Of a stretch of DNA of 64,000 nt, positions 36,577-48,060 are shown piece by piece; within the stretch, counting starts at the first letter, position 1, and the number at the start of each line of letters is the position of its first letter. The stretch is taken from the NCBI GenBank assembly GCA_963785725.1, contig CAWAWS010000026.1:1-64000 (forward strand), written 5' to 3'. Source of the stretch: an uncultured delta proteobacterium (GTDB lineage Bacteria; Myxococcota_A; Polyangia; Palsa-1104). The position numbers and the translations under genes were made by a program. Below the pieces are notes generated by a model that did no database searches, was not told the origin of the DNA, and saw only the letters and a program-made list of their open reading frames with translations.

Positions 36577-37041
36577 ATGAGCCGACCGCCGCTGCCGCCA
36601 TTCACCGCCGAAACCGCCGCGCAGAAGGCGCGCCTCGCCGAGGACGCGTGGAACAGCCGCGACCCCAAGCGCGTCGCCGGCGCCTACACCGCCGACAGTC
36701 GCTGGCGCAACCGCGCCGAGTTCCTGCAAGGCACCGCCGCCATCGAGGCCTTCTTGACGCGCAAGTGGCAGCGCGAGCTCGACTATCGCCTCATCAAGGA
36801 GGTGTGGGCGTTCACCGGCGCGCGCATCGCCGTTCGCTTCGCCTACGAATGGCGCGACGACAGCGGCCACTGGTTCCGCGCGCACGGCAACGAGCAGTGG
36901 GAGTTCGCCGCCGACGGGCTCATGCAGCGCCGCGAAGCGAGCATCAACGACGTGCCCATCGTCGAGTCGGCGCGGCTGTTTCATTGGCCGGCGGGCGCGC
37001 GGCCGCAAGATCATCCCGGCTTGAGCGAGCTCGGCTTATGA
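36577..37041 (+). CDS. DUF1348 / SnoaL-like protein
   Basis: RPPLPPFT...[21 protein letters not shown] and HGNEQWEF motifs. Confidence 0.92.
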   Translation: MSRPPLPPFTAETAAQKARLAEDAWNSRDPKRVAGAYTADSRWRNRAEFLQGTAAIEAFLTRKWQRELDYRLIKEVWAFTGARIAVRFAYEWRDDSGHWFRAHGNEQWEFAADGLMQRREASINDVPIVESARLFHWPAGARPQDHPGLSELGL

Positions 37042-37649
37042 GCCGCGCCATCGCCAGCGACGTGGCGTTCACGGACGCCGTCAAGGCCGTGCAGCAGCAG
37101 CGCGGCTCGCGCAACGCTTACGCGCGCATGGAGTCGGGCGAAGGTTGGCCGCGCACCGTCGACGACGAGCTGGCCGCGTTCCTGGCCGAGCAGACGAGCT
37201 TCTTCTTGGCGACGGCGAACGCGGCCGGGCAGCCGTACATTCAGCATCGCGGCGGCCCGCCCGGCTTTCTGCGCGTCCTCGACGAGCACACGCTCGGCCT
37301 GGCCGACTTTCGCGGCAACAAGCAGTACATCACCACCGGCAACCTGGCCGAGAACCCGAAGGTGCACCTCTTCTTCATCGATTACGCGCAGCAGCGGCGC
37401 ATCAAATTGTGGGGCGAGGCGCGCGTGGTGACCGACGATCCGGCGCTCGTGACGCGCTTGATGCCGGAGCATTACGCGGCCAAAGCGGAGCAGGCGATCG
37501 TCATCGACGTCGCGGCCTGGGACGTCAACTGCCCGCAGCATATTCCGCAGCTGTTCCCGGCCGCGGACGTGGAAGCGGCGTTGGCGCAGCGCGATCGCCA
37601 GATCGCCGCGCTGCAAGCGGAGCTGACGAAGCTGCGCGCCGCGCGTTAG
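37038..37649 (+). CDS. Pyridoxamine 5'-phosphate oxidase-like FMN-binding protein
   Basis: [22 protein letters not shown] and DVNCPQHIP motifs; ATGA overlap. Confidence 0.9.
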   Translation: MSRAIASDVAFTDAVKAVQQQRGSRNAYARMESGEGWPRTVDDELAAFLAEQTSFFLATANAAGQPYIQHRGGPPGFLRVLDEHTLGLADFRGNKQYITTGNLAENPKVHLFFIDYAQQRRIKLWGEARVVTDDPALVTRLMPEHYAAKAEQAIVIDVAAWDVNCPQHIPQLFPAADVEAALAQRDRQIAALQAELTKLRAAR

Positions 37650-39263
37650 CTAACGGCGCTTCTTGCCGCCGCCGCCGCTCGTCGCCTGACGCTGCGCCAG
37701 GTATTCCTCGTATGTGCCGCGGAAGTCGACGAGCTTGCCGTCATCGAACGCGAACAGGCGGTTGGCGAACGAGGCGATGAGGTCGCGGTCGTGCGTGACG
37801 ACGAACGCCGTGCCGTCGTACTTCTTCAGCCCTTCGCCGAGCGCCACGATCGACTCCAAGTCGAGGTGGTTGGTCGGCTCGTCGAGGATGAGCACGTTCT
37901 GCTTGGTCAGCATCAGCCGCGCGAACAACATCCGCACCGCCTCGCCGCCGGACAGCGCCTTGGTCGACTTCAGGCCCTCTTCGCCTTTGAACAGCATCTT
38001 GCCGAGGAGCCCGCGGATATCCTGCAAATAGGCGCGCGTATCGAACGAGTGCAGCCACTGATCGATCGTCGTGTCTTTCGGGATCGAGTCGCCGTGATCC
38101 TGCGGCAGATAGCCGAGCGACACCTCGTGACCCCATTCGATCGTGCCCGCGTCGGGCGGCAATTCGCCCATCAGCATGCGGCACAGCGTCGTCTTGCCGA
38201 CGCCGTTGCCGCCGACGATCGCCACCTTGTCGCCTTTGTTCACCAGCGTCGTGAAGTCGCGGCAGATCGTCACTTCCGGCCACTTCTTGCTCAGCGAATC
38301 GACGGTCAGCGTCTGCTTGCCCGACGGCTTGGCGACGAGGAACTGAATGAACGGCCGCTCGATGTTCGACCGCTTCAAGTCGGAGACCTGTAGCTTCTCG
38401 ATCTCTTTCTTACGGCTCTGCACCTGCGAGGCGCGCGTGCCGGCGCCGAAGCGGGCGACGAAGTCCTGCAGCTGCGCGATCTTCTTCCGCCGATCGGCGT
38501 TCTCCGACTCGACGCGGCCGCGCACCTGGCTCTTGGCCTCGACCATGTCGTCGTAGCCGCCGGTGTAGGTGATGATGGTGTTGTAGTCGATGTCGGCGAC
38601 GTGCGTGCAGATCGCGTTCAGGAAGTGGCGATCGTGCGAGATGGTGACCAGCACGCCTTCGTACTGGCAGAGGAAGCCTTCCAGCCAGCGGATCGAATCG
38701 AGGTCGAGGTTGTTCGTCGGCTCGTCGAGCAGCAGCACCTCGGGCTTGCCGAACAGCGCCTGCGCGAGCAGCACGCGCAGCCGCAGGCCGCCGGCGAGCT
38801 CGCGCATCGGCCGCTCCAAATTGGCCGCCGGAATGCCCAGGCCGGCCAAGAGCGCGCCGGCGTCGGACTCGGCCGAGTAGCCGTCCTCCTCGGCGATGAC
38901 GCCTTCGAGCTCGCCCAAGCGGTGACCTTGCTCGTCGGTGATCGTCGGCAGCGCCAGCAGCTCTTCCTTCTCGACCATCGCCGCCCACAGCTTCTTGCCG
39001 CCGCGCAACACGACGTCGAGGACGCGCGTGTCCTCGAACCCGAACTGCTCCTGCTTCAGGACCGACGTCTTCTCCGGTCGCGACACATAGCCGGTGTCGG
39101 GATCGAGGTCGCCGGCGAGGATCTTCATGAACGTCGACTTGCCGGCGCCGTTGGGACCGGTCAGGCCGTAGCGCTTGCCGACGGTGAAGTTGACGGTGAC
39201 GTCTTCGAAGAGCTTCTTCGAGCCGTAGGATTTGGTGACCGTGGTGACTTGTAGATTGGCCAT
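37650..39263 (-). CDS. ABC-F family ATPase (YbiT-like)
   Basis: Two NBDs (GPNGAGKST/LDEPTN; GGNGVGKTT/LSGGE/LDEPTNHLD) and no TM segments. Confidence 0.93.
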   Translation of the reverse strand: MANLQVTTVTKSYGSKKLFEDVTVNFTVGKRYGLTGPNGAGKSTFMKILAGDLDPDTGYVSRPEKTSVLKQEQFGFEDTRVLDVVLRGGKKLWAAMVEKEELLALPTITDEQGHRLGELEGVIAEEDGYSAESDAGALLAGLGIPAANLERPMRELAGGLRLRVLLAQALFGKPEVLLLDEPTNNLDLDSIRWLEGFLCQYEGVLVTISHDRHFLNAICTHVADIDYNTIITYTGGYDDMVEAKSQVRGRVESENADRRKKIAQLQDFVARFGAGTRASQVQSRKKEIEKLQVSDLKRSNIERPFIQFLVAKPSGKQTLTVDSLSKKWPEVTICRDFTTLVNKGDKVAIVGGNGVGKTTLCRMLMGELPPDAGTIEWGHEVSLGYLPQDHGDSIPKDTTIDQWLHSFDTRAYLQDIRGLLGKMLFKGEEGLKSTKALSGGEAVRMLFARLMLTKQNVLILDEPTNHLDLESIVALGEGLKKYDGTAFVVTHDRDLIASFANRLFAFDDGKLVDFRGTYEEYLAQRQATSGGGGKKRR

Positions 39264-39323
39264 GCCGCGCGCCTATATACGTCGTCGCGCGTCAGGAGGC
39301 CAGCGAAGACTGCGGAAAATCGG

Positions 39324-40490
39324 CTAGTTCGCGCGGCCGTGATAGACGACGGTGCCGCCGCCGGCGACGCTTCCGGCGGCGTAAATGTCGTTGCCCGCGA
39401 GCCAGATGGACGTGAGCGGATCGCTGCCGCCGATGCCGTCGGTCCACGTCTGGCCGCCGTCGCTGGTGTGCAAGAGGCCGCGGCCGTTGTGGTCGGCGAG
39501 CCAGAGATCGTTGGGGCCGACGGCGATGAAGCCATGGCTCGCCAGCGTCAGGCCGGCGCCGCTCGGCGTCACGTTGGTGAACGACGCGCCGCCGTCGCTC
39601 GAGCGCAGGATCTTGGCGGCGTCGCTGCTCGTGGCCAGGTACATGACGCCACCGTAAACCACGGCGCCGACATAGTAATCCTGCGGCGTCGGCTGCACGT
39701 TCCAGGTCGCGCCGTCGTCGGCCGAGTAGTAGACGACCGAGACCGCCGAGTTGCCGCCGGGCGCGACCGGGTCGTTGCCGCTCGGCGTCGCCGGCGGGAT
39801 GACGCCGGTGGCGACGACCTCGGCGCCGTGACCGCTGACGTTGGCGAAGATCCAGGTCGTGCTCGAGCCGGTGGCGACGCCGAAGGTGGCCGCGCCGTCG
39901 TGCGAGTGGCTCAAGTAGCCGGCCTGCGACGTGATCCACAAGTCGTTGCCGTTGCCGTAAATGTCGCTGACCGGGCCGTGCTGGTAGCTGTCGGCGAGGC
40001 GGCTCGCGCTGCCGCTGGCGGGGTCGAAGCGTTCGAGCCAGGCGCCGCCCGATCCGTCGGCTTCGCCGAGCACGAGCTGGCCGCCGCCGAAGCCGCCGAT
40101 GGCGTCGACCGCGACCGTCGCCGGCGTGGCCGCGCCGGAAACGGCGGTCCACACATCGTTGCCGCTCGAATGCGCGACGGGCGAGCCGAGCCAGACGTCG
40201 CCGGCGCTGCTGGCCCAGCCGATGGCGGGCGTCGCGCCGCCGGCGAGGGCGGTGCGCGTCCACGCGTACTGATAGGTGACCGGCGGGCCGGCGCCGTCGC
40301 TGCCGCCGCCATCGGCGGTCGTGCCGCCGTCGGCCGTGGTGCCGCCGTCGGCGCCGCCGTCGCTGCCGGAGACGTCACCGCTGCCGTTGCCGCCCGTTCC
40401 TGCGCTGACGCCGGTGGTGGACGTTCTATTCATGTTGCCGCCGCAGCCGGCGATGACGAAAGCGAAGACCAAGGTCGACCAAGTGCGCAT
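39324..40490 (-). CDS. Lipoprotein with BNR/Asp-box beta-propeller
   Basis: Lipobox IAGC; DGG linker; repeated S.D.G.T/SW/F Asp-boxes. Confidence 0.78.
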   Translation of the reverse strand: MRTWSTLVFAFVIAGCGGNMNRTSTTGVSAGTGGNGSGDVSGSDGGADGGTTADGGTTADGGGSDGAGPPVTYQYAWTRTALAGGATPAIGWASSAGDVWLGSPVAHSSGNDVWTAVSGAATPATVAVDAIGGFGGGQLVLGEADGSGGAWLERFDPASGSASRLADSYQHGPVSDIYGNGNDLWITSQAGYLSHSHDGAATFGVATGSSTTWIFANVSGHGAEVVATGVIPPATPSGNDPVAPGGNSAVSVVYYSADDGATWNVQPTPQDYYVGAVVYGGVMYLATSSDAAKILRSSDGGASFTNVTPSGAGLTLASHGFIAVGPNDLWLADHNGRGLLHTSDGGQTWTDGIGGSDPLTSIWLAGNDIYAAGSVAGGGTVVYHGRAN

Positions 40491-40627
40491 GCAGCGAGCG
40501 AGTGCAAACGCGAAACCAACGTACGGGATTGTGGGTACGCTGCGGCACTAGGCGATGCAGCGCCAAAGATTTCCGTATCCACCGAAAAACGGAAACCGGT
40601 TGCGCTTTTCGGCGTGAACGAACGGCT

Positions 40628-42578
40628 TCAGCGCATCGTGTGCAGCGCGTTGCGCACGAAGTCGGGATCGACGGTCGAGGCGGGGACGGCCGCCGTCCGC
40701 CCGCGTCGCGACGATGAATGCGGGAACCAGTCGCGCACGTCTAGGTCGAGGCCGAGCCCGTGCATATAGTTGTAGAGCGCCTTGCGCAGCCCTTCGCCGA
40801 GCCGATCGTGATCGCAGCCGGTCGGGTCTTCGAACTGCAGATCGTTGCGGGCGAAGCGGACTTCGGGCTGAGGCGTGAGGCGAATGCCGAACAGCTCCGG
40901 CTGTTGGCCGATCGGGCTGTGCGCCGTCGCCGCGAAGCGATGCCAGAACGCCGACTGCACGCAGCCTTCGGCGAACAGCTGGCGCACGCGCTCCAGCGCA
41001 TCGACCGTTTCCTGCGCCGTCTCCGTCGGAAAGCCGTACATGAGATAGGCGTGCACCATGATGCCGGCGTCGGTGAGCGCGCGCGTCACGCGGGCCACTT
41101 GCGCGACGGTGACGCCTTTTTTCATGCGCTCGAGCAGCCGATCGGACGCGACCTCGAGCCCGCCCGACAAGGCCACGCAGCCCGAGCGCGCCAACAGCTG
41201 CGCCAGCTTGGGCGTGAACGTCTTCTCGAAGCGAATGTTGCCCCACCACGTGCACACGACCTTGCGCGCGATGAGGCGCTCGGCCAGCGCCTTCAGCCCC
41301 GCCGGCGGCGCCGCCTCGTCGACGAAATGAAAGCCGGTCTGACCCGTCTCGGCGATGAGCGCCTCGATGCGATCGACCAGCAAGTCCGCCGACGCCAGAT
41401 CATAGCGCGCGATGTAATCGAGCGTGATGTCGCAGAACGTGCACTTCTTCCAGTAGCAGCCGTGCGCGATCGTGAGCTTGTTCCAGCGGCCGGCCGACCA
41501 CAGCCGGTGCATCGGGTTCAGGAGCTCGAGCAGCGACAGGTAGCGATCGAGCGGCAAGCCGTCGTAGGTCGGCGTGCCGGCGTCGCGCAGCGGGACGTCG
41601 TGCAGCGTCGGGTCGCTCTTGTGCACGACGCGGCCGTCTTGCCGCACCATCGTGCGCAACAGCGGCAGCTTGCGGTCGCGCAGGTGCGCCGAGCAGCGCG
41701 AGCAGCGGCCGCTCGCCGTCGTCGAGCGTCACGAAGTCGACGTAGTCGAAGACGCGCGGATCGGCGAGCGTGCGCAGCTCGGTGTTGACGTAGCCGCCGC
41801 CGAGCACGATGTGCACGCCCGGCCGCGCCCGGCGCAGCGCGCGCGCCATACGGAACGCGCCGTAGACGTTGCCGGGAAACGGCGCCGTCAGCCCGACGAC
41901 GTCGGGACGATGTACTGCCGACAATTCGCCGGCGATCTCGTCGAGCAGCGTGTCGACGAGCGTCGGCTTGCCTTCGAGCGCGGCATGCAAGGCGTCGAAG
42001 GTCGCGGCGCTGGCCGCCAGCCGCTCGCCGTAGCGCGACAGCTCGAAGCGCGGATCGATGCCGTCGCGGATGGCGTCGGCGACGTCGTCGACGTAGAGGC
42101 TGGCCAAGTGGCGCGCGCGATCGTCGAGGCCGAGCGAGCCGAAGGCCCACGCCAGCGGATCGCCGGCCGGGCCGTCATCGGCATCGGGCGGCGCGCCGTT
42201 GCCGAGGCTGGCGAAGCGCGGCCCTTCGGGCAAGAAGGTGCGCCCGACGATGCGCAAGGCGAGCCCGGGGTCGCGCCCTTGCAAGAAGCGCACGGCGGCG
42301 TCGACCGTGTCGACATAGGCGTCGCCGTTCGCCACGAAGCTGGCCACGGCGTCGCTCGGCGCCGCGCGCCCGCGTTTTTGGCGCGTCAGCTCGGCGAGCG
42401 CGCGCGACAGCCCGGCGCGACTGAAGATCCGCAGGAACAGCTCGAGCGCCGGATCGGCCTGTGCCACTTGCAGCTGCAGCTCGGCGGCGTGCAGACGCAG
42501 AAAGCCGGTCAAATACGCCGTCGCTGGATAGGGCGTATTGAGCTGCGTCATCGGTGGCGTGAGCAAAAGAACGCGCAA
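40628..42578 (-). CDS. B12-binding-domain radical SAM protein, one frameshift near 41690
   Basis: QLNTPYPATAYL and LGGGY in ORF 41400..42578; GCYWKKCTFC, FVDEA and YLMYGFP in ORF 40628..41659. Confidence 0.85.
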
Positions 42579-42647
42579 GCGCCACAGTCTAGATCAGCGG
42601 CGTCGCATCGGCACATGAAGGCGCTCGTTTGCGGTATGAATCGCGCG

Positions 42648-43799
42648 ATGACCTCGATCCTCGGTCGCCTGTCGCCGGCGGCCTTCATGCGCGACTACTG
42701 GCAGAAAAAGCCGCTCCTCGTTCGCCAGGCGCTGCCCGGGTTTGCCGGCCTCGTCGATCGCGACGCGCTCTTTGGCCTGGCCACGCGCAGCGACGCCACG
42801 TCGCGGCTCGTCCTCGAGCATCCGCGCCGTCGCGGGCCGGCGCATTGGGAGCGTCACGACGGGCCGTTTGGCGGCCTCGACGCGGCCATGCTGCCGCCGA
42901 CGCACTGGACGCTGCTCGTGCATGGCATCGAGCGCCTGGTTCCCGGCGGCTGGGAGCTGTTGCGCCACTTTTCGTTCCTGCCGGCGGCGCGCATCGACGA
43001 CGTCATGGTCAGCTACGCGGCGCCCGGCGGCTCGGTCGGCCCGCACGAAGACCGCTACGACGTCTTCTTGCTGCAAGGCCCGGGTCGGCGGCGCTGGCAG
43101 CTAAGCGAACACGGCGATCACACGCTCGACGAGACCGCCAAGATCAAGGTGCTCAAGTCGTTCAAGGTGGAACGAGAGTGGCTGCTCGAGCCGGGCGACA
43201 TGCTCTATCTGCCGCCGTCGGTCGCGCATTGCGGCGTCGCCGAAGACGCCTGTTTCACCTATTCGATCGGCTTCTTGGCGCCGTCGCACGATGAGCTCAT
43301 GCAGAGCTTCTTGGGCTATCTCGGCGGCGCGCTGGCCCCCGACTTCGCGAGCGACGCGCTGCTCGCCGCCGGCGATCGCGCGCCGACGAAGGCGCCGCTC
43401 GCCCTGCCCGCGCCGATGGTGGCCGAAGTCGCGGCCGTGCTCGACCGAATCCGCTGGGATGGCGCGCTCGTGGAACGCTTTCTCGGCTGCTTTCTGACCC
43501 GTCCCAAGCCGCACGTCGTCTTCACGCCGCCGGCGCGACCGCTGTCGCCCGACGCCTTCGTGCGCCGCCTGGCGACGGGCGGCCAGTTGACGCTGGCCTT
43601 GCCGACGCGCGGCCTCGTGCAGCGCCAGCGCATCTTCTGCAACGGCGAGGCGCACGACGTCAACGCCGCGACGGCCAAGGCGTTCACGACGCTCGTCCGC
43701 GACCGCGCGCTGCCGCTGCCGCAGGCGTTCGACCGCGCGACGCAGGCGCTGCTGTATGGCTGGTACGAAGCGGGTTACGTCGGATTCGGTAAGCGTTAA
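42648..43799 (+). CDS. roxA: JmjC/cupin ribosomal protein uL16 arginine hydroxylase-like
   Basis: [31 protein letters not shown] and [13 protein letters not shown] motifs. Confidence 0.88.
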   Translation: MTSILGRLSPAAFMRDYWQKKPLLVRQALPGFAGLVDRDALFGLATRSDATSRLVLEHPRRRGPAHWERHDGPFGGLDAAMLPPTHWTLLVHGIERLVPGGWELLRHFSFLPAARIDDVMVSYAAPGGSVGPHEDRYDVFLLQGPGRRRWQLSEHGDHTLDETAKIKVLKSFKVEREWLLEPGDMLYLPPSVAHCGVAEDACFTYSIGFLAPSHDELMQSFLGYLGGALAPDFASDALLAAGDRAPTKAPLALPAPMVAEVAAVLDRIRWDGALVERFLGCFLTRPKPHVVFTPPARPLSPDAFVRRLATGGQLTLALPTRGLVQRQRIFCNGEAHDVNAATAKAFTTLVRDRALPLPQAFDRATQALLYGWYEAGYVGFGKR

Positions 43800-44521
43800 G
43801 CGAGGTTGTGATAGACGCGCTGGACGTCTTCGTCCTCTTCGAGCGCGCCCACCAGCTCCAGCACTTCCTTCATCTGATCTTCGGGCAGCTCCACATGCGT
43901 CGACGGCACGTACTCCGACTCGGCCGACAGCGGCGCGATGCCCTTGGCCTCGATGGCCGCCTGCAGCTGCCCGAAGTTCTGGAACGCGCAGCGAATGATG
44001 ATCTGCTTTTCGCCCTTTTCGCCTGCGCCTTCGCCCATCTCTTCGAGGCCGTGGTCGATGAGCTCGAGCTCCAACTCGTCGAGATCGCCGAGACCCTCGG
44101 GCGCCAGCTTGAAGACGCCCATGCGCGCGAACATGAAGGCCACCGAGCCGGTCGAGCCCATGTTGCCGTCGTGATCCTTGAAGTGCATGCGCACGTTGGC
44201 GACGGTGCGCGTCGGGTTGTCGGTCGCCGTCTCGACGATGAGCGGCACGCCGTGCGGCGCGTAACCTTCATACAAGACGATCTCGTAGCCGCGCTCGTCC
44301 TGACCGCTGGCGCGCTTGATGGCCGAGTCGATCTTGTCCTTCGGCATGTTGGCGGCGCGCGCGTTCTGCAGCACGCGGCGCAAGCTCGGGTTCGACGACG
44401 CCTCGGGCCCGCCCGACTTGACGGCCATGGCGATTTCTTTGGCGAGCCGCGTGAACAGCTTCGCCATCTTGTTCCAGCGCGCGAACATCGTGTGCTTGCG
44501 CGTTTCGAAGATGCGTCCCAT
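43796..44521 (-). CDS. yebC: YebC/PmpR family protein
   Basis: ANMPKD.I..AI, YEGY, TDN.TRT and [12 protein letters not shown] motifs. Confidence 0.93.
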   Translation of the reverse strand: MGRIFETRKHTMFARWNKMAKLFTRLAKEIAMAVKSGGPEASSNPSLRRVLQNARAANMPKDKIDSAIKRASGQDERGYEIVLYEGYAPHGVPLIVETATDNPTRTVANVRMHFKDHDGNMGSTGSVAFMFARMGVFKLAPEGLGDLDELELELIDHGLEEMGEGAGEKGEKQIIIRCAFQNFGQLQAAIEAKGIAPLSAESEYVPSTHVELPEDQMKEVLELVGALEEDEDVQRVYHNLA

Positions 44522-44762
44522 GGCGACGTTCTACCTCAGGATTTGCTCGCTAGGAAGCTCGTCGACGTCCGCGTGAACGGGCCATCGATAGATCTCGATC
44601 GCCATTACGACGCGTGCGGTCACGACCGCGATCCACGACGCAGCGCGCCAGCGCGCCCGTCGCACACCACCGTCGGGGTCATGCCTCGTAGAGGAAGTGC
44701 GCGAGTCAAACTATTGCAGTGCCATGACGATACCGTGACAGTCGCAGCTGCATCATTCAATC

Positions 44763-45863
44763 ATGAGACTGCGATCCGTATCCTCCTACGCTCGCCAGGT
44801 TCGGCCGTCGCTGCCGGCGCACGCCTTCGACGCCGTGCCCTCGCGGTTGGCGTGGTTGACACTGCATGTCGGCATCATCGTCGGCGGCATCTACGCCATC
44901 AAGACCGGCGTCGGCGGCTGGTGGGCGGCGCCGCTGTTCGCGATCCTCATCGGTCATAGCTTCGCCGGCTGCGCCTTCGTCGGCCACGAGACGCTGCACG
45001 GCGCGGTGGTTCGCCAGCGCGGCTTGCGCTCGCTCGTCGGCTGGCTGGCGTTCGTGCCGTTTACGCTGTCGCCGCGGCTGTGGGTCGCCTGGCACAACAA
45101 GACGCACCACGCGCACACGATGTCGATGGCCAAAGATCCCGACTGCTTTCCGACGCTCGAGGTCTATCAGCGCCAGGCGCACACGCGCGCCGCGGACAAG
45201 GTGGCGTTCGCCGCCGATCGCCAGTGGGGCTTCATCACGCTGCTGCTCGGCTTCAGCGGCCAGACGCTGCAGATGATCCTGCGCTGGGCCAAAGATTCCG
45301 GCGTCATGTCGGCGCGCGAGCGGGCGCTGGCGTGGGTCGAGACGCTGGCCGGCTTCACGATCTGGGCGGCGCTATTCGTCTATCTCGGGCCGCTGAAGTT
45401 TCTCGTGGCCTGTACGGTGCCGTGGCTCATCGGCAACGTCATCGTCATCAGCTACATCCTCACCAACCACAGCTTGAGCCCGCACACGGCCGTCAACGAT
45501 CCGCTGGTGAACTCGCTGTCGGTGACGGTGCCGAAGCTGTTCGCGATCTTGCACCTCAACTTCGGGCTCCACGTCGAGCATCACCTGTTTCCGTCGATGA
45601 GCTCGAAGTACGCGCCGCTCGTGCGCGACGAGCTCATGCGCTTGTGGCCCGAGCGCTATCAGTCGCTGCCGCTCATGACGGCGATGGCGCAGCTGGCGTC
45701 GACGCCGCGCGTGTACATCACGGACACCCAGCTCTTCGATCCGCGGACCGGCAAGCAGGCGCCGACGATCGTGCCGCGCCAGTCGGCGGCCGAGTCGCAG
45801 GCCGAGGCCGAGGCGCTCGAGCCGACGGCGACCGTGCAAGACGACGTCATCGACGCCGCGTAA
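44763..45863 (+). CDS. Membrane fatty acid desaturase
   Basis: His boxes HETLH, HNKTHH and HVEHHLFP. Confidence 0.9.
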   Translation: MRLRSVSSYARQVRPSLPAHAFDAVPSRLAWLTLHVGIIVGGIYAIKTGVGGWWAAPLFAILIGHSFAGCAFVGHETLHGAVVRQRGLRSLVGWLAFVPFTLSPRLWVAWHNKTHHAHTMSMAKDPDCFPTLEVYQRQAHTRAADKVAFAADRQWGFITLLLGFSGQTLQMILRWAKDSGVMSARERALAWVETLAGFTIWAALFVYLGPLKFLVACTVPWLIGNVIVISYILTNHSLSPHTAVNDPLVNSLSVTVPKLFAILHLNFGLHVEHHLFPSMSSKYAPLVRDELMRLWPERYQSLPLMTAMAQLASTPRVYITDTQLFDPRTGKQAPTIVPRQSAAESQAEAEALEPTATVQDDVIDAA

Positions 45864-45880
45864 ATTCCCTTCAGCAGCCG

Positions 45881-45925
45881 AAAATGAAACAGCCGCGGCG
45901 ATCCTCGCTGGATCGGCCGCGGCTG
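45881..45925 (-). terminator. Putative intrinsic terminator between the desaturase and DoxX genes
   Basis: Stem cagccgcggcgatcc / ggatcggccgcggctg, followed on the minus strand by UUUCAUUUU. Confidence 0.55.
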
Positions 45926-46054
45926 CGAATTCTGTCGTGAAGGTTCTCGTTATAGCGCTTCGGCGGCGAGCGTCGCCTGCACGGCCGGACGCGCCGATAG
46001 GCGCTCGAACGTGCCCGCTTTCGGCGACAGCATGTGCGTGTCCTTTGGCGACGA

Positions 46055-46450
46055 TTACGCGTTTTCGCGCAGTGGCAAGAGCTCACGCAGCCGCTCGTCG
46101 CGCAGGAAGAGGCCGGCCCACACGAAGATGCCGAGGAACAGCGGCGCGATGACGCTGCCGTAGTCCTGCACGCGCACGTGCGTCGCGATCGCGCCGCCGA
46201 GATAGCCGGTCGCCAGGATCGCGCCCAACACGGCCGTGCGCGGCACGATGAACAGGACGGCGCACAAGATCTCGACCACGCCGATCGGGCTCGAGAGCGA
46301 CGCCGGATAGCCGAAGACGTGAGTAAACTTCTCCGTCATCCCCGGGTTGTTCAGCTGCTTGATGACGCCGCTCATGATCAATCCGAGCCCCGGCAGCGCG
46401 CTGAGCACGATGCCCGTGACCTTCATCCACTTCGGTGATTCTTGGCTCAT
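46055..46450 (-). CDS. DoxX family membrane protein
   Basis: SGVIK, GVVEI...PRT..LGAIL.TGYLGGAIATH motifs. Confidence 0.9.
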   Translation of the reverse strand: MSQESPKWMKVTGIVLSALPGLGLIMSGVIKQLNNPGMTEKFTHVFGYPASLSSPIGVVEILCAVLFIVPRTAVLGAILATGYLGGAIATHVRVQDYGSVIAPLFLGIFVWAGLFLRDERLRELLPLRENA

Positions 46451-46542
46451 GTGTTCCTCCGCCGCGCAATTTAGCGCGATTTCCCGCGTCCGATTAGATG
46501 GCCGCCGGCGAACCCACTGTTGTCAATCGCGCAACAATGTCG

Positions 46543-47490
46543 TCAGGCCGCCTGCAGCGCGTCGCGGCGCGCCTTGGCCTTGGCGCAGCCGGCGCTGCGG
46601 GCGGCGATCTTGCGCGTCAGCGCGTCGACGAGATAGTCGCGCACGACGGCGACGCGCGCCGGCAGATAGCGCGCCGACGGCGTCACGACCCACAGCGCGT
46701 TGCCGGACTGGCTCCAGGCGGGCATGAGGTGCTCGAGGCGGCCGGCGCGCACGGCGTCGATGGCCGCCGCCACCGGCATGAGCACGAGGCCGGCGCCGGC
46801 TTCGGCGGCGGCGAGGCAGAAGCCGAGCTCGTCGGCGACGAGCGCGCCGGTGGCTTCGAACGCGCGCTCGCCTTCGGGGCCTTGCAGCCGAATCGTCGCC
46901 CGGCCGTCGTGCGCGCGATAGAGCACCCAGTCGTGCGCGCTCAGCTCCTCCAGCGTCTTGGGCCGCCCGCGCCGCCGCAGATAGGCCGGCGCCGCGAAGA
47001 CCGCCGATTCCGTCGCGCCCACCCGCCGCGCCACCAGCGACGAGTCGTTGAGCCGCCCGGCGCGAATGGCCAAGTCGAACCCTTCGGCCACGAGATCGAC
47101 CGTGCGCGACGACAGCGACAGCTCGAGGCGAATCGCCGGGTGCTTGCGCGAAAAGCGCGCCATCAAGCCCGCCAGATCGAACGATCCGGTGTCGGGCGGC
47201 GCCGTGATGCGCACGCGGCCGCGCGGCTCGGCGCCCAGCTCGCGCACGGCGGCGTCGGCGTCGTCGAGCCCGCTCACCGCCGACTGCACGGCGTCGAAGT
47301 AGGCCTGGCCGGCGTCGGTGAGCGAGAGCTTGCGCGTCGTGCGCTGCAAGAGTCGCACGCCGAGGTCCGTCTCCAGCTGCGACACGCTGCGGCTGATCGA
47401 CGACTTGGGCAGACCGACGCTGGCGCCGGCGCCGGTGAAGCTGCCGGCGCGCACGACGCGAACGAAGAGGGCGACGCGGTTGTAGTCCAT
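46543..47490 (-). CDS. LysR family regulator
   Basis: GSFTGAG...LPKSSISR...RTTRKLSLT and EGFDLAIR motifs. Confidence 0.92.
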   Translation of the reverse strand: MDYNRVALFVRVVRAGSFTGAGASVGLPKSSISRSVSQLETDLGVRLLQRTTRKLSLTDAGQAYFDAVQSAVSGLDDADAAVRELGAEPRGRVRITAPPDTGSFDLAGLMARFSRKHPAIRLELSLSSRTVDLVAEGFDLAIRAGRLNDSSLVARRVGATESAVFAAPAYLRRRGRPKTLEELSAHDWVLYRAHDGRATIRLQGPEGERAFEATGALVADELGFCLAAAEAGAGLVLMPVAAAIDAVRAGRLEHLMPAWSQSGNALWVVTPSARYLPARVAVVRDYLVDALTRKIAARSAGCAKAKARRDALQAA

Positions 47491-47543
47491 TGTTCGCAGC
47501 ATAGCAACGATGCCACAGCCCGTCGACCGTGATGGCTCGCCGC

Positions 47544-47572
47544 TTGACATGGTTAACGATCGCGTTAACTAT
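47544..47572 (+). promoter_or_regulatory. TTGACA -35 overlapped by a putative ArsR operator
   Basis: ATGGTTAAC-gatcgc-GTTAACTAT dyad at 47549-47572 upstream of the VOC-arsR-SRPBCC operon. Confidence 0.7.
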
Positions 47573-47608
47573 GTTCGCATTCGGCAACAGTTAACAGGGG
47601 AGTGAACT

Positions 47609-48060
47609 ATGAAGCCACCACCGGCAGATTGGCCACGCATCTCGTCCTCGCTGTTTTACGCCGACGCCAACCGAGCGATCGAGTGGCTGGGCAAGGCCTT
47701 CGGCTTCGAGGTGCGCCTCAAGGTCGACGGCGACGGCGGCACCGTCGTGCACAGCGAGCTGACGTTCGGCGAAGGGGTCGTCATGGTCTCGAGCAGCGTC
47801 GCCACGTCGGGCAAGCCCGACGCCGAGTATCAGCATTCGCCGAGCGAAGCCGGCGGCGTCAACACGCAGTGCCTGTTCGTCTACGTCGACGACGTCGAGG
47901 CGCACTGCAGCGCGCGCGCGCCGCCGGCGCCGTCATCGTCAAAGAGCCGACCACCACCGACTACGGCGACGACTATTGGGTCGACCGCGGCTACGGCGCG
48001 CGCGATCTCGAGGGGCATCACTGGTACTTCGCGCAGCGACTGCGCGGCGCCGCCAAGTGA
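47609..48060 (+). CDS. VOC/glyoxalase (PhnB-like) protein, frameshift near 47907
   Basis: AIEWLGKAFGF, HSEL and VYVDDV, then in the next frame RARAAGA...RGYGARDLEGHHWYF. Confidence 0.85.
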
